From assembly GCA_049999805.1 (NCBI GenBank), contig JBNGIO010006345.1:112093-176092 (forward strand): a stretch of DNA of 64,000 nucleotides, read 5' to 3'. A model generated the notes under the pieces. The model saw only the letters and a program-made list of their open reading frames with translations. It made no database searches and was not told where the DNA came from. Position numbers and translations under genes: made by a program. The number at the start of each line of letters is the position of its first letter. Position 1 is the stretch's first letter. The DNA is from Folioceros fuciformis. Lineage: Eukaryota. Positions 20,674 to 32,287 of this stretch are shown piece by piece.

Positions 20674-23418
20674 ATGACTTCCAGTTTTAGAACTTTATTG
20701 GGGAGTAGGAAAATTGTGGCCCTGATGGCTGGCAGACGGTTGGATCCTCCGTGGGTGGAGCCTATAACGTACGCTTTGGAAGCAAGGGACAGAAACCTGC
20801 CGGGACACCGAGTGTACTGCAATCTCTATGGCGCACCATTCTTGCATAGGTGGTATTCTGAGTTTTGGGACTGGGGAAACAGTGATCTTGCCCCCGTGGA
20901 TTCACGGCTGATGATGGAGATGAACTCGTCACATGCATCCAACTACGTGGCCAAACTGTGTCGGCAGGGGCAACTTGCTGAAGCGATATACGCTGTGGAC
21001 AATATGCATCAGCGAGGGGCTAATGTCAACGCCAAGGTGTTGTATTGTCTTCTGAAGTGTTGCTCCATCAAGGAAGATCTGGCAGCTGGAATGCGTATAC
21101 AATCGCTTGTCGTGGAGTGTGGGTTTAGGACGAGTGTTTTTCTGGCCAACCAGCTGATTCGGATGTTTGCTGCATGTGGAAGTTTGGCAGCAGCAAACGA
21201 TGTATTCTGTCAACTTCCTGCACCAGACGTGTTTGCATGGGCTACCATCATAGGAGCGCATGCCAAGCTTGGAAGAGGTGAGCTGGCAATCCGACTCTAT
21301 CATCGAATGCAAGATTCAGGTGTGCCACCGAATGACTATGTTTTTGTCAGTGCTCTCAAGGCATGTGCCAGCATAGCAGCAGTGTCTCAGGGCCAGCTTA
21401 TCCATGTTCATGTCGTCAGAAGTGGTTTTGAGTCCAATGTTTTTGTCGGGAACACTCTCATTCACATGTATGCTAAATGTGGGAGCCTTTATGATGCTCG
21501 CAGAGTGTTTGACAAACTATCATCAAGGAATCTGGTGTCGTGGTCAACTATCGTAGCTGCATATGCCCATCATGGTCACGGGCAAGAAGCAATCCTTCTG
21601 TTTGAGCAGATGCAAGAGCACGGCTTGCTTCCCGACAAAGTTACATTTGTCAATGCCCTGAAAGCGTGTACAGGGATGGGAGCCCTGCAAAACGGTAAGC
21701 AGATCCACTCTCAGATTATAGAACGTGGCTTCCAGTCGGATTCGTTTATTGGCAGCACTCTTGTCAATATGTATGCGAGGTGTGGAAGCATTGAGGATGC
21801 TCGCGATGCATTCGATGCCATTTCAAGTAAGGATCAGGTTTCATGGAACGCTATGGTTGCAGGCTATGTTCAGCAAGAGCGTGGGCGAGACGCCTTGAAT
21901 CTGTTTTGGCAAATGCAGAGGGAAGGAACGAGTCCAGACACGGCTACCTTAGTGAGCATCTTAGGAGCCTGTGCCAACCTAGCAGCTCTGGAACCTGGGC
22001 AGCTTATTCATAACAGGTTGGAAAAGAGTGACATTGCAGCCAATGCAGCCATTGGCAGCATCCTAATTGACATGTATGCCAACTGCGGAAGTTTGTTGCT
22101 TGCTCGTGCAGTCTATGATAGATTGGCAACAAAAGATAGGTTTTCTTACACTGCAATGATAACTGCGTGTGCTAGGCTCAACGGAAGCCAGGAGGCTTTC
22201 CAATTATTCTATCAAATGCAATGTGAAAGCATGCAACCTGATAAAATCACCGTTGTCAGTATGCTTAAAATATGTACCAGCTTAGGAGCTTTCGATCAGG
22301 GCAGGCTCTTGGACCGATATGTCACTGAACTTGGACTGGAAGCGGACAGTTTCGTTGGCAGTGCTCTGATTGATATGTATACTACCTGCGGGAGCCTGCA
22401 GAGGGCCCGGGTGGTTTTTGATAGACTTTCACCTAAGGACTTGGTCTCCTGGAGTTCAATCTTGAAAGGGTATGCTCAGAATGGGGATGGTGAAGATGCC
22501 CTTCACCTTTTCTATCAAATGGAGCAGTATGATCTATATCCCAACAAAGTGATCATCAGCTGTATCCTGCAGGCATGTTCCAGCATAGCTGCCCTGGCTC
22601 AAGGAAAGCAGATTCATGCTCAGGTTGTTAAACTCGGATTGGAGTCTGATGTAACTGTGGGCAATGCACTTATCAACATGTATTCTAAGTGTGGGGTTCT
22701 TGAGGATGCGCGGAAGGTATTTGACAAAATGCAAACTCCTGATATAGTGTCATGGAACTCAATGTTTGCAGGTTACGCACTGGATGGGCAAACAGACAGT
22801 GCCTTCAAACTCTTCCAGCAAATGCAGCAGGAAAGCGTTCAACCAGACAAAATCACCTTCCTTTGCTTGCTGGCCACCTGCAGCCATGCGGGTTCACTCG
22901 ATGAGGGCTATACTCTGTTCCACTCCATGTCCACAGACCATGGTGTTAGCCCTGACATGAGCCACTATGCATGCATAGTTGACCTCCTCTGTCGGGCTGG
23001 CCATCTGCATGCAGCCATGGACTTCATCAAACAAATTCCTGACTCAGCTGACGATATCGTGTGGATGTCTATGCTGGGAGCCTGCCGGGCGTATGGTGAT
23101 GTCGAGCTTGGGATGCTAGCATTCAAGTCTATCATCGAGTTGGACCCTCAAAACACAGCTGCGTATATACTTATGTCCAGCCTGTACGCTGCAGCAGAGA
23201 GGGATGAGGAAAGTCTCGATGTCAGACGAATGATGCACAGCCTAAGCTCCAAGAAGAAGCCGGGGCGGACATGGATGGAAGTCGAGAATCACGTTTACAC
23301 GTTTATGGTCGAAGATGCGCACCACCCTGAGAGGAGAAGAATATATGCCGAACTTAACAGGCTGCATGACAGGTTGTCAGCTTGCCCCGACCTGACAACT
23401 CCAAGCACCTGCCGATGA
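20674..23418 (+). CDS. PLS-class PPR protein, E/E+ subclass with no DYW domain; true start may be about 20911
   Basis: Repeated P-L-S triplets (MYAKCGS..DARRVFD...VSW), E1/E2 motifs (WMSMLGACR; AYILMSSLYA) and PG box KKPGRTWMEV. It ends after E+ with no HxE/CxxC. Confidence 0.93.
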   Translation: MTSSFRTLLGSRKIVALMAGRRLDPPWVEPITYALEARDRNLPGHRVYCNLYGAPFLHRWYSEFWDWGNSDLAPVDSRLMMEMNSSHASNYVAKLCRQGQLAEAIYAVDNMHQRGANVNAKVLYCLLKCCSIKEDLAAGMRIQSLVVECGFRTSVFLANQLIRMFAACGSLAAANDVFCQLPAPDVFAWATIIGAHAKLGRGELAIRLYHRMQDSGVPPNDYVFVSALKACASIAAVSQGQLIHVHVVRSGFESNVFVGNTLIHMYAKCGSLYDARRVFDKLSSRNLVSWSTIVAAYAHHGHGQEAILLFEQMQEHGLLPDKVTFVNALKACTGMGALQNGKQIHSQIIERGFQSDSFIGSTLVNMYARCGSIEDARDAFDAISSKDQVSWNAMVAGYVQQERGRDALNLFWQMQREGTSPDTATLVSILGACANLAALEPGQLIHNRLEKSDIAANAAIGSILIDMYANCGSLLLARAVYDRLATKDRFSYTAMITACARLNGSQEAFQLFYQMQCESMQPDKITVVSMLKICTSLGAFDQGRLLDRYVTELGLEADSFVGSALIDMYTTCGSLQRARVVFDRLSPKDLVSWSSILKGYAQNGDGEDALHLFYQMEQYDLYPNKVIISCILQACSSIAALAQGKQIHAQVVKLGLESDVTVGNALINMYSKCGVLEDARKVFDKMQTPDIVSWNSMFAGYALDGQTDSAFKLFQQMQQESVQPDKITFLCLLATCSHAGSLDEGYTLFHSMSTDHGVSPDMSHYACIVDLLCRAGHLHAAMDFIKQIPDSADDIVWMSMLGACRAYGDVELGMLAFKSIIELDPQNTAAYILMSSLYAAAERDEESLDVRRMMHSLSSKKKPGRTWMEVENHVYTFMVEDAHHPERRRIYAELNRLHDRLSACPDLTTPSTCR

Positions 23419-23749
23419 GATTCCCTGCCCAAGCAAATTGCTTTGGAAACACTTCCCTGCAGAGGCATATGGAACACGTTTCCTGTCTCAGGCCGGGTTT
23501 GCTAAACGTAGGGGATGATGCTGGGAAGCCACTTGTTCATCGTGTCGGCTATGTCGTGAGGCGTTCACTATGCAAGTAGCCTGGGTATGGAGCAGAGGGA
23601 GCCAGCCTCCTCTGTTTCACAGCGCTCTATTGGGCTCGAGGATCTTTTGGCCTAGAAAGATACTTGAGTGGGTTATCACGCCGACAACAGCACAGGGAGA
23701 TGCATTGATAACGTTGGCTGCTGGACAATTCTCTTCCTCCGATTTACAT

Positions 23750-24250
23750 TGGAACTGCTCAAAGTACGAATGTTTGAGGAACTGCCGAAGATGCCGACAT
23801 ACAAACACACGTATGATGCACGCCAAAAATAAACGATTACCCTTGTATACTAATTCTGTAAAATGAACTTGACTTCCAACGCGTCACTATTCCATTCAGC
23901 CACTCTTCTCCAACTGGAATCAGGCCACGTCTCCACTGGAAGAGCACTGCAGTGTCTTCTCCAAACTGGGCATGAAGATGTCTTCCCGAGCTCCAATCGC
24001 AGTAGCCAACATTTGCACATGCCTGTAGGGGAACGATATGCCTCCTCCTTGCACAACCCTCGAGGGACAAAGGGCATCCTGTAGCACCACCTCTCTCTCT
24101 CACGCACACATTTTAATGGAAGTCAGAGCTACCTGTCTAGCAGCCTGGGATATTGGAAGACCATTTCCGTGAGAGAGGTTCTGTCCCTGTTTGTGAACAC
24201 AATACACCAGGGTAACTCTCGAGGCAGCCATGAAGCTGCAGCCGCTGTTG
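23750..24250 (-). pseudogene. Decayed coding segment of unknown family, copy 1 (paralogue of 25570-26135)
   Basis: Collinear similarity to copy 2, e.g. AACTTGACTTCCAAC, TCTTCCCGAGCTCCAA, GCCTCCTCCTTGCACA, CACCAGGGTAACTC. Shared minus-strand peptides (SGCSFM/SGCTFM, GEEWLNG/GEEYLDG, WKSSS) are broken by frameshifts. Confidence 0.55.
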
Positions 24251-24399
24251 GAGATGGATCATCGATTTCACGCGCAACAGCGCTTCCTCAAGATGCATCT
24301 GTCCAGTTACGACTTTACATCCCTGTATGTGACTCAGATGTTACAGAGCTTGCTTTACTAGTTCGTCCTCCTTTGCTGTGACCCTTAAGGGAATCCTAG

Positions 24400-24960
24400 T
24401 TAGGATCGGGTCCTAGTTAAGACTCTGTGCGGAAGCCGGCTGGTGGGGATGGCCCACAGTGGCTCAGCTCGAGGCAGGCTGATCTCAAACCTCTCAGATG
24501 TGTCTAGATCCTGAGAAGCCTGGGCTTCGGGCAGGTTCCATTCGCAGGCTTGCAGCAGCCTTGCAAGGCTGTAGTGCACCTGCGCTAGCGCCAGCTTCAT
24601 TCCTGGACAACTCCGTCTTCCAGATCCAAACGGCAGGCGATGGAAATGTTGGCCCCTGAAATCGACGTCAGCAGCAGCAGTCGGATGCAAGAACCTCTCG
24701 GGCAAGAATTCCAGCGGCCTCTCCCAAACTCCGTCCGTCCGCCCGATGCTCAACACGTTCACCAGGGTGATGGTGTTGGCAGGGTTGTCGTACCCGCTCA
24801 CTGCACATGCCCGGCCGCTCATGTGCGGCACCAACAGGGCTAGCGGCGGGTGGAGCCGGAGGGTCTCCTTCACTGCGGCCTGAAGGTATCGGAGTTCTGG
24901 GAGATCCGATTCCTGGACCAGCCGGTCGTTGCCTACCACGGCGTCCAGCTCGGAATCACA
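24400..24960 (-). pseudogene. Cytochrome P450 (CYP71-clan-like) C-terminal fragment
   Basis: ELDAVVG, ExxR (KETLRLHPP), PERF and the heme motif PFGSGRRSCPG are present. No recognisable intact N-terminal half lies upstream. Confidence 0.8.
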
Positions 24961-25569
24961 CCAGGCATGGCACCATTCTTGCCCCAAGTCAGTCCATTTG
25001 AGGCTGTCTGAGATATGTGTACAAGGCACTTCATGGTTACAGCACATTGATGGGCTTAGGAAGCTGGTGGGTTACCTGATTGGCCAGGTGGAGTTGGGCC
25101 GTGCAGATACCGAAAGCGTTCCAGTCAGCATCCCTGGCTGGCATGCCTGCCACTCGTCATACCTTTTGTGAACGTGTACTTGAGTGCTTCTGTCCACGTT
25201 TCGTAAACAGTGAATTCTGCGATTCTCTTGGACCTGTGAGAAAATTCAGTTCTGTGCTTGTCGCAATTCTTGGCAGTAGATCAAGTCTGCTGAAGGACTT
25301 ACCGGCCTTCCTTCAGCGCCAACCAGGAGAGGGAAGCCACGCTGGACCATGGGAAAGACAACCTATGATGCGTGTTTTCTTCAGGGAGGTGAATGACGTA
25401 GTTGTTCACGACGTCGGGAGGTGAAGAATGGATTTCGTCGTGCACAATGCTGTATTAAAGGCAGTTGATTCGGTTGTGTTAAGATGAGATGTAGAACAAT
25501 CGCTCGTAGTAGAGAGGGCATTCTGGTTTAACTCGTGATCTTTACCCCATGTATTTCTCTTTGGCACAT

Positions 25570-26135
25570 ACAGAACGTCCCAGTTCAGAAAGTGCGAATG
25601 CTGGAGGTACTGCCGAGGATTTCGACACGCAAGTGCACATAGGATGTACAGACGAGCACAAGAGCACACACTCCTCTTGGTTGTGCGATCCATTAGTGAG
25701 TCTCTGTAAAAAGTTCCATAGAATGATAAACAGCTGTGTGAACTTGACTTCCAACACGTTAGTACACCATCCAGATACTCTTCTCCAACAAAGAGCAGGT
25801 CACAAGTCTTCACATGAAGAGCACTGCTGTGTCGTCTCCAATCTGGGCTCATATGAATCTGTCTTCCCGAGCTCCAAACCTGAGTTGCCAACATTTGCAC
25901 AGGCCTGCAGGAGGCTGCTGTGCCTCCTCCTTGCACAGCCGTCCAGAGACGAAGGGCATCCTGCAGCACCACATCTCTCTCTCTTCCACACACTTGCATG
26001 AAAGACAGCGAGCTATCCAGCGGCCTGGGATCCATCCTCTGGACGGCCATTTCCGTGAAAGTGTTTCTGTCCCGGTTGGCGAACGCTCTCACCAGGGTAA
26101 CTCCCCTGGCACCCATGAAGGTGCAGCCGCTGGGG
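25570..26135 (-). pseudogene. Decayed coding segment of unknown family, copy 2
   Basis: Direct-repeat partner of 23750-24250; conserved peptides are spread over several frames. Confidence 0.55.
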
Positions 26136-26760
26136 TGCATGCAGCTGCGGAATTCCTTGTGCTGTTATCCACATCCATTTGAAGCCAGTAGCATTGTCAT
26201 CATGCTCCTCCAAGAGCAGTCAACAGCATTCTGCACTCCAGACAGTGGTTTAGATCGCTAGAATCTGCATGCCTGCTGACAAAGTAGCACGGTCAATGCA
26301 TACCCGATGAGGAACAAAAGAAGGGAAAAGTGCTACCGTACGGAAACTGTCTGCGGCTTTGTGTGCCTGTGCCCTGCAGGATTCACCAGACTAGCTGGTT
26401 GTGGTCCCGTTCATCGGAGGCTCAACTGGACATACAGTGTGCGCGTGCTGCGCAGTTTCACGACTGGTTAAACAATCTTGCTTGCATCGCACACTAGCTA
26501 GCCTCCTCTTGTCCTCTCTGCCGTCTGCTCCAGCACTGTCACTGTATGCTGGCTGGCTTCCGCCGTAGGCAACCACATCTCGAGGGAGGTGCTTTGCATT
26601 TGGTGGTGAGACCATCTTCTTGTCGTCTTGGGCGTGCGGCATTTGCTTGCACATCTGAATGCATCTGCACTGCCCGCATTTTTGTTGCGAATTGACGAAA
26701 CGGGGTGCTACTTTTGAAGAGCGGAGGGGAAAGGGAGAACGCTAGGGGTGAAGCGCACTC

Positions 26761-29700
26761 ATGGCGACTACGGCTGTTGTGGGTCTGGGCTGCGAGCAGC
26801 TTGCCAGCAGCAGCGCTGTGATTCGACCTAGAGGCCTCTCGCACTCCTCGGGGTCGTGTCTGGGATTCCTGCGGGCGGTTTTGCTGTCTCCCGTCCTGCC
26901 CACTTTCTCTGTTTGTTGCACTTCCCAGCCTCAGAGCTCCAGATGGAACATGGGAGCTGTCCGGGCCGATGGGGCCTCCAACGGCAGCAGCAGCAGCATC
27001 AGCAGCAGCCCGAGGAGGCGGCCCAAGTATATTCCCAACAAGATCGACGACCCCAACTATGTGCGCGTGTTCGACACCACGCTCCGGGACGGAGAGCAGT
27101 CGCCTGGGGCCACCATGACCAGCAAGGAGAAGCTGGACGTCGCGAGGCAGCTGGCCAGGCTAGGGGTGGATGTGATCGAGGCCGGGTTTCCCATCGCGTC
27201 CCCGGACGATCTGGAAGCCGTGCGTCAGATTGCCCAGGATGTGGGGAACAACGTGGATGATGAGGGCTACGTGCCGGTCATCTGTGGGCTTGCTCGGTGC
27301 AGCAAGCCGGACATCAATGCCGCGTGGGAGGCAGTGCGCCATGCCCTGCGGCCTAGAATCCATGTCTTCATTGCTACCAGCGAGATTCACCTCAAGCACA
27401 AGCTGCGCAAGTCGAGGGAGGAGGTCGTGCAGATTGCGGTGGAGATGGTTTCTTACGCTAAGAGTTTGGGATGCCAGGATATCGAGTTCAGCCCAGAAGA
27501 TGCTGGGAGGTGAGTGGTGTCGGGCGTTTGTTGTTGCTTGCACGCATTCCTTGCTGTTCTTTGGTGATGTGATTTGGGGGTTCGTGCTTCCATGGCAGAT
27601 CCGATCCCGAGTATGTTTATCATATTCTGGGGGAAGTGATCAAGGCTGGGGCCACCACCTTGAACATCCCCGATACCGTTGGGTATAATCTCCCAGGGGA
27701 GTACGGCCAGCTGATTTCCAACATTATTAAGCATACCCCTGGCTCTGAGAACGTCGTCTTCTCCACGCACTGCCAGAATGACCTGGGCCTGGCAACTGCG
27801 AATACTCTTGCAGTATGTCGTTAGAGCACTGTCCTCAACCCCTGCACAATCGTTCTCCTTTATCTTTGCTCTAATTGTAACGGCTTGCTTGTGTTCTTTT
27901 CCAGGGTGCCATTAACGGAGCAAGGCAAGTGGAGGTCACCATAAATGGGATTGGTGAACGTGCTGGAAATGCTTCTCTTGAAGAGGTGCTGGAACTGAGT
28001 TTCTTTCGCAAATCCAGCTAGTGAGCTGGTTCATCTGCTGTGTTGCATGCCGAGTACTGGCTCAGGACTAGGCACCTAACGCAAGAGGTTGTTTGTCTGG
28101 TTGTATCTTTGGTGATCGAGATACAGTGGTGCATTTTCAGGTTGTCATGGCGATAAATTGTCGAGGCCAACAGAAGATGAATGGACTCTATACTGGACTA
28201 ACCACAAAGCACATTGTTGTCACCAGCAGAATGGTCGGTTGACGAGACAGCTGTTGGAGACCCAACTCCTCCCTATCTTTGCTGGCAATGCGACCTTTCT
28301 TCTGTCGGTAAGTGATGAACTGTAGTGACTTCTTGTTTCCCTGTGCTCCTTCTAGGTGTCAGATTACACCGGCATGCCTGTGCAACCCCACAAAGCGATT
28401 GTTGGAGCAAATGCGTTTGCGCATGAAAGTGGCATTCACCAGGTAACTTCCACCTGTGATAGAAAACAGGCGTATGCAAGTTTCACGTGCTTATGGTTTA
28501 ATGTCTTATCTCATGTTCTGTACTGTCTTCTTAGGATGGAATGTTGAAATTCAAGGGCACATATGAAATTATCTCTCCTGAGGACATCGGGCTTGTTCGG
28601 GCTGACAGTTCTGGGATTGTCCTGGGAAAGCACAGGTAATCCAATCTGTGGTTCTGCTTGTCTTGATGCATCTGTATAGTCCGTGGTATGACCACTGCTT
28701 TAGAATGGTAAAATGACTCACCTCCGTGCTTTGTGCTAAACTGATAGCGGTCGACATGCACTGAGGGCCCGCCTGCTGCAGGTACTGTTAGGGACCTTAG
28801 CAGATGAAAAAGCCAGAATCTGGGGAATTTTTCCTTCTCCTCCGTGCATTAACTCCACTCACCCCTGTGCATGCATGTCATGTATAGCTTGGTTATGAGC
28901 TGGATGCGGCGAAGCTTGATGATGTATTCAAACGATTCAAGGCCGTTGCAGAGCAGAGGAAAGTAAGTGGAACTCGCGATTGAGCAGTCATAAATGTTTC
29001 CAGTCCCTGACTGATAGGAGTATTGGCTGCTGCAGTCACTGTCGAATGAAGATTTAGAGGCCCTTCTATCAGACGAAGTCTTCCAGCCGGCAGTGGTTTG
29101 GGCGCTTGGTGACCTGCAGGTGCTAATTTTTGGTGAAGCGTATCAGTCAGTGTAGTTTGTTGTCGGTTTCGAAATGTGATTATGGTTGACAGCTGTGGAC
29201 CTGTTTCTGTCTTGCCTAATGTGGGCTTGTTGAGCAGGTTGTATGTGGAACGGCTGGCTCGCCGGCTGCGACTGTCCAGCTCATTGGCCCGGATGGCTTG
29301 AAGAGAGTAGGATTCTCCACAGGCACGGGACCTGTTGATGCATCTTACAAGGCTGTGGATTCCATTGTCCAGGTGACAGCCTAACTACTGACATAGCGAA
29401 TAGCAATGGGTGACAAGACATCCCTTGTGATTCTTGGCTCAACTTGTGTCTGTGATTGTGCCGCAGATTCCAGTGACTCTCCTGGAGTATTCCCTCACCT
29501 CGGTAACAGAGGGCATTGATGCCATCGCGCATACACGAGTTCTGGTCCGCGGTTCAGGCACCCATGAAGCAACCCATGCACAAACAGGCGAACCTGTGCA
29601 ACGCACATTCAGGTTATTGGCTGAATCCTGTTGTTGTTGCATTCTTGAACTCATTTTAACAGATCTGGGCCTCCTGAAGCACGTGCTGCTTTCGGCTGTG

Positions 29701-29827
29701 CAGCGGCACAGGAGCCGGGGTTGATGTCGTGGTCTCCAGTGTGAGAGCCTACATCGGTGCTCTAAACAAGATGTTGGGCTTTGGAAGCGTTAAGTCATCT
29801 CCCTTAGAATCCAGAGTCTCTGTATAA
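26761..29827 (+). CDS. IPMS: 2-isopropylmalate synthase, plastid-targeted, multi-exon
   Basis: [54 protein letters not shown] and HESGIHQ|DG, plus the regulatory domain GTGPVDA and [10 protein letters not shown]. Stop TAA at 29825-29827. Confidence 0.97.
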
Positions 29828-30337
29828 GATGGATTTCTGATCCAACATTACTGTGGTCTTGAGTCGATTCATCTCTCAAACCACTTCATTTTTGCCGAAG
29901 AAGTCATGTGATGGGATTTGCAGTGCTCGAGTTCCCAATGTATTTTCGTGTGCTTCTCTTTGAAGCTCCTGTTAATGCAAACGGAAGCAAGCTCCCCAAG
30001 AACGTGTCCACCATCCATATGATGCCCGCATTCTCTCCAATTTGAAGTCATTGTCTCCGTCGTCGTCGGCAGAGCGTGAGGCTGAAAGCATACCCATATT
30101 GCAGGTCGCAACGTCGAAGTCTGAAGACCCTTGACGTCGTAGTCCTGGAATCGGGACGATGGGTAGCGTCGTTTCCTTCCACTTCAAGACCCACCCACAA
30201 ACATACGCAAGGTCAAGGAGAACGCAAGTATATTAGGTTGTTGCCTTTCCCACTGGGAGGCCATGGACTGTGAGACCGCCGACAAAGTGAGGGTTATTGC
30301 AAGTTAAACCCGTGGCTCCGGATTGAAGGTCGCGACA

Positions 30338-31813
30338 ATGGCGCAAGGTCGTATGGAGGCGCCAGCCAAGGGCGGATTCAACTTTGATCTGTGCCGCAGG
30401 AATGCCATGCTCGAGAGCAAGGGTGTAAACATGCCAAAATTTCGCAAAACGGGCACCACCATCGTTGGCGTAGTGTACAAGGTTGGTACTGTCAATGAGC
30501 CTGAATTGATTGTCTAGGTTTTGCAGGCTGCTTTGGATTTGGCAGGGTGAGGTGAGGCCCTGAGGTATGGTGGTTTGGTGATCGTAGGATGGAGTGATCC
30601 TGGGAGCAGATACCAGGGCTACGGAGGGGGAGATTGTTTGCGACAAAAACTGCGAGAAGATTCATTACATCGCTCCCAACATCTACTGCTGCGGTGCTGG
30701 CACGGCCGCGGACACTGAAAATGTCACAGGTTTGGGTTCTTTTCTTCGCCTCGCTGTCTACTGAATCAAGAGTGAGCTCAGCTTAGGAGTATGGGTCAAT
30801 TTTGTGATTCTTCTCAGATATGATCAGCTCTCAGCTGGAGCTCCATCGGTATGCTACGGGTCGACAGTCTCGCGTTGTTACTGCCTTGACGTTGCTCAAA
30901 TCCCACCTCTTCGGGTAGGTTTGCTCACAATCGGCGCAATTGGAAGCTCGTCGTAATGACAGATCCTTATGACAGCTTGTTGATCTTACGGTTTCTACTG
31001 TTCCAGCTACCGAGGGATGGTCAGTGCTGCTTTGGTCTTGGGAGGCGTCGATGTAACCGGCCCTCATTTGCATGCCGTAAGTTGCTCTCTTGTGCGTGAC
31101 AGTTTAGGGCACGTGCAGATTGTGTATGGCAGCTCATTCTATGACTGGTCTCTCAGGTGTATCCGCATGGGTCGACGGATACCTTGCCGTTTGCAACGAT
31201 GGGGTCTGGTTCTCTCGCTGCTATGTCAGTGTTTGAATCCAGATACAAAGAGGAGATGACGGTAAGCTCTGCCATGACTTTACTTCGCTCTCTCAAGGAA
31301 TCTGCAAGCCGTAGCCCAACTTGGCGAATGGAATGTGTTTCAGCAAGAGGAAGCCATGGAGCTGGTATCAGACGCGATTTGTGCTGGTATTTTCAATGAC
31401 CTTGGGAGCGGGAGTAACGTGGACCTCTGCATCATCACCAAGGTAGGACAGTCCGCGCTTTCAAATAATTCATCTGTGTGTTGCTACATTTGCAACTCAT
31501 ATAAACCCCTCCGCATTTTTGAGCAGGGTGGGAAGGAGTATAAAAGGAACTACAAGCAACCCAATCCTCGTAGCTACAACCGTGTCACAGGCTACACCTT
31601 CGCGAAGGGACACACGCGTAAGATGACCTTTTCTCCTATTCCTCCTCGTTAGCTCATTGGCCACCTTTTATCAGCCTAGGTGCTGCATCTAACGGACCCA
31701 TTGTTGCACCGTGTCCTTGGGCAGCTGTTCTGACGACCAAAGTCACCCCTCTGCGGGAGAGAGTTACCGTCGTGGAAGGGGATGCGTTGGATGGGGAGGC
31801 CATGGAAGAGTAG
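30338..31813 (+). CDS. PBB: 20S proteasome subunit beta type-7 (beta-2), multi-exon
   Basis: Propeptide [11 protein letters not shown], mature N-terminus KTG/TTIVG, then [30 protein letters not shown] and [10 protein letters not shown]. Stop TAG at 31811-31813. Confidence 0.96.
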
Positions 31814-32287
31814 GCTTCGTTCTTCAGTTATCGTTTTTTTCGGTAGATGATTGATGCCTTGGAGGCGAGGGAACTTTCATGTAAAATTTTTGGAAACACC
31901 CGAGCTTTTCTCGGTTTCTCACTGACCTGGTGGAAGGGTGAGCCAGCACAATCGGTTGCTAAGCTTCTCACAAGCTGTCAAACACATCGAACAGTCTCCA
32001 CATGTTGCGTCTTCCGGACCGAGCGGGAGGAAGGCATTCGAAATGTTTTAGTCGAGAGAAAGTGCCCGTGAATTTTGCAATGCCGTGTAGACTGGACACC
32101 GACACATCGTATGTCTGCGATCTCTGCTCGCACCCGACACATGGTTTGGCGAGGAATCGCCTATCGTTTTGATGAGGAGGAGAAAGGACCAGGTCGCGAA
32201 TTTCCGACACCGGTGCAACGCTGCGCCCAGTGTCAGGTATGCTGCCAGATTGGAGGCTCGGGAATGAGACCGGGCCGCTAGATTGGC

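Noticed and set aside
23419-23600. Frameshifted DYW domain after the first PPR gene
   Set aside because: No HxE, CxxC or DYW-like peptide seen in the downstream frames.
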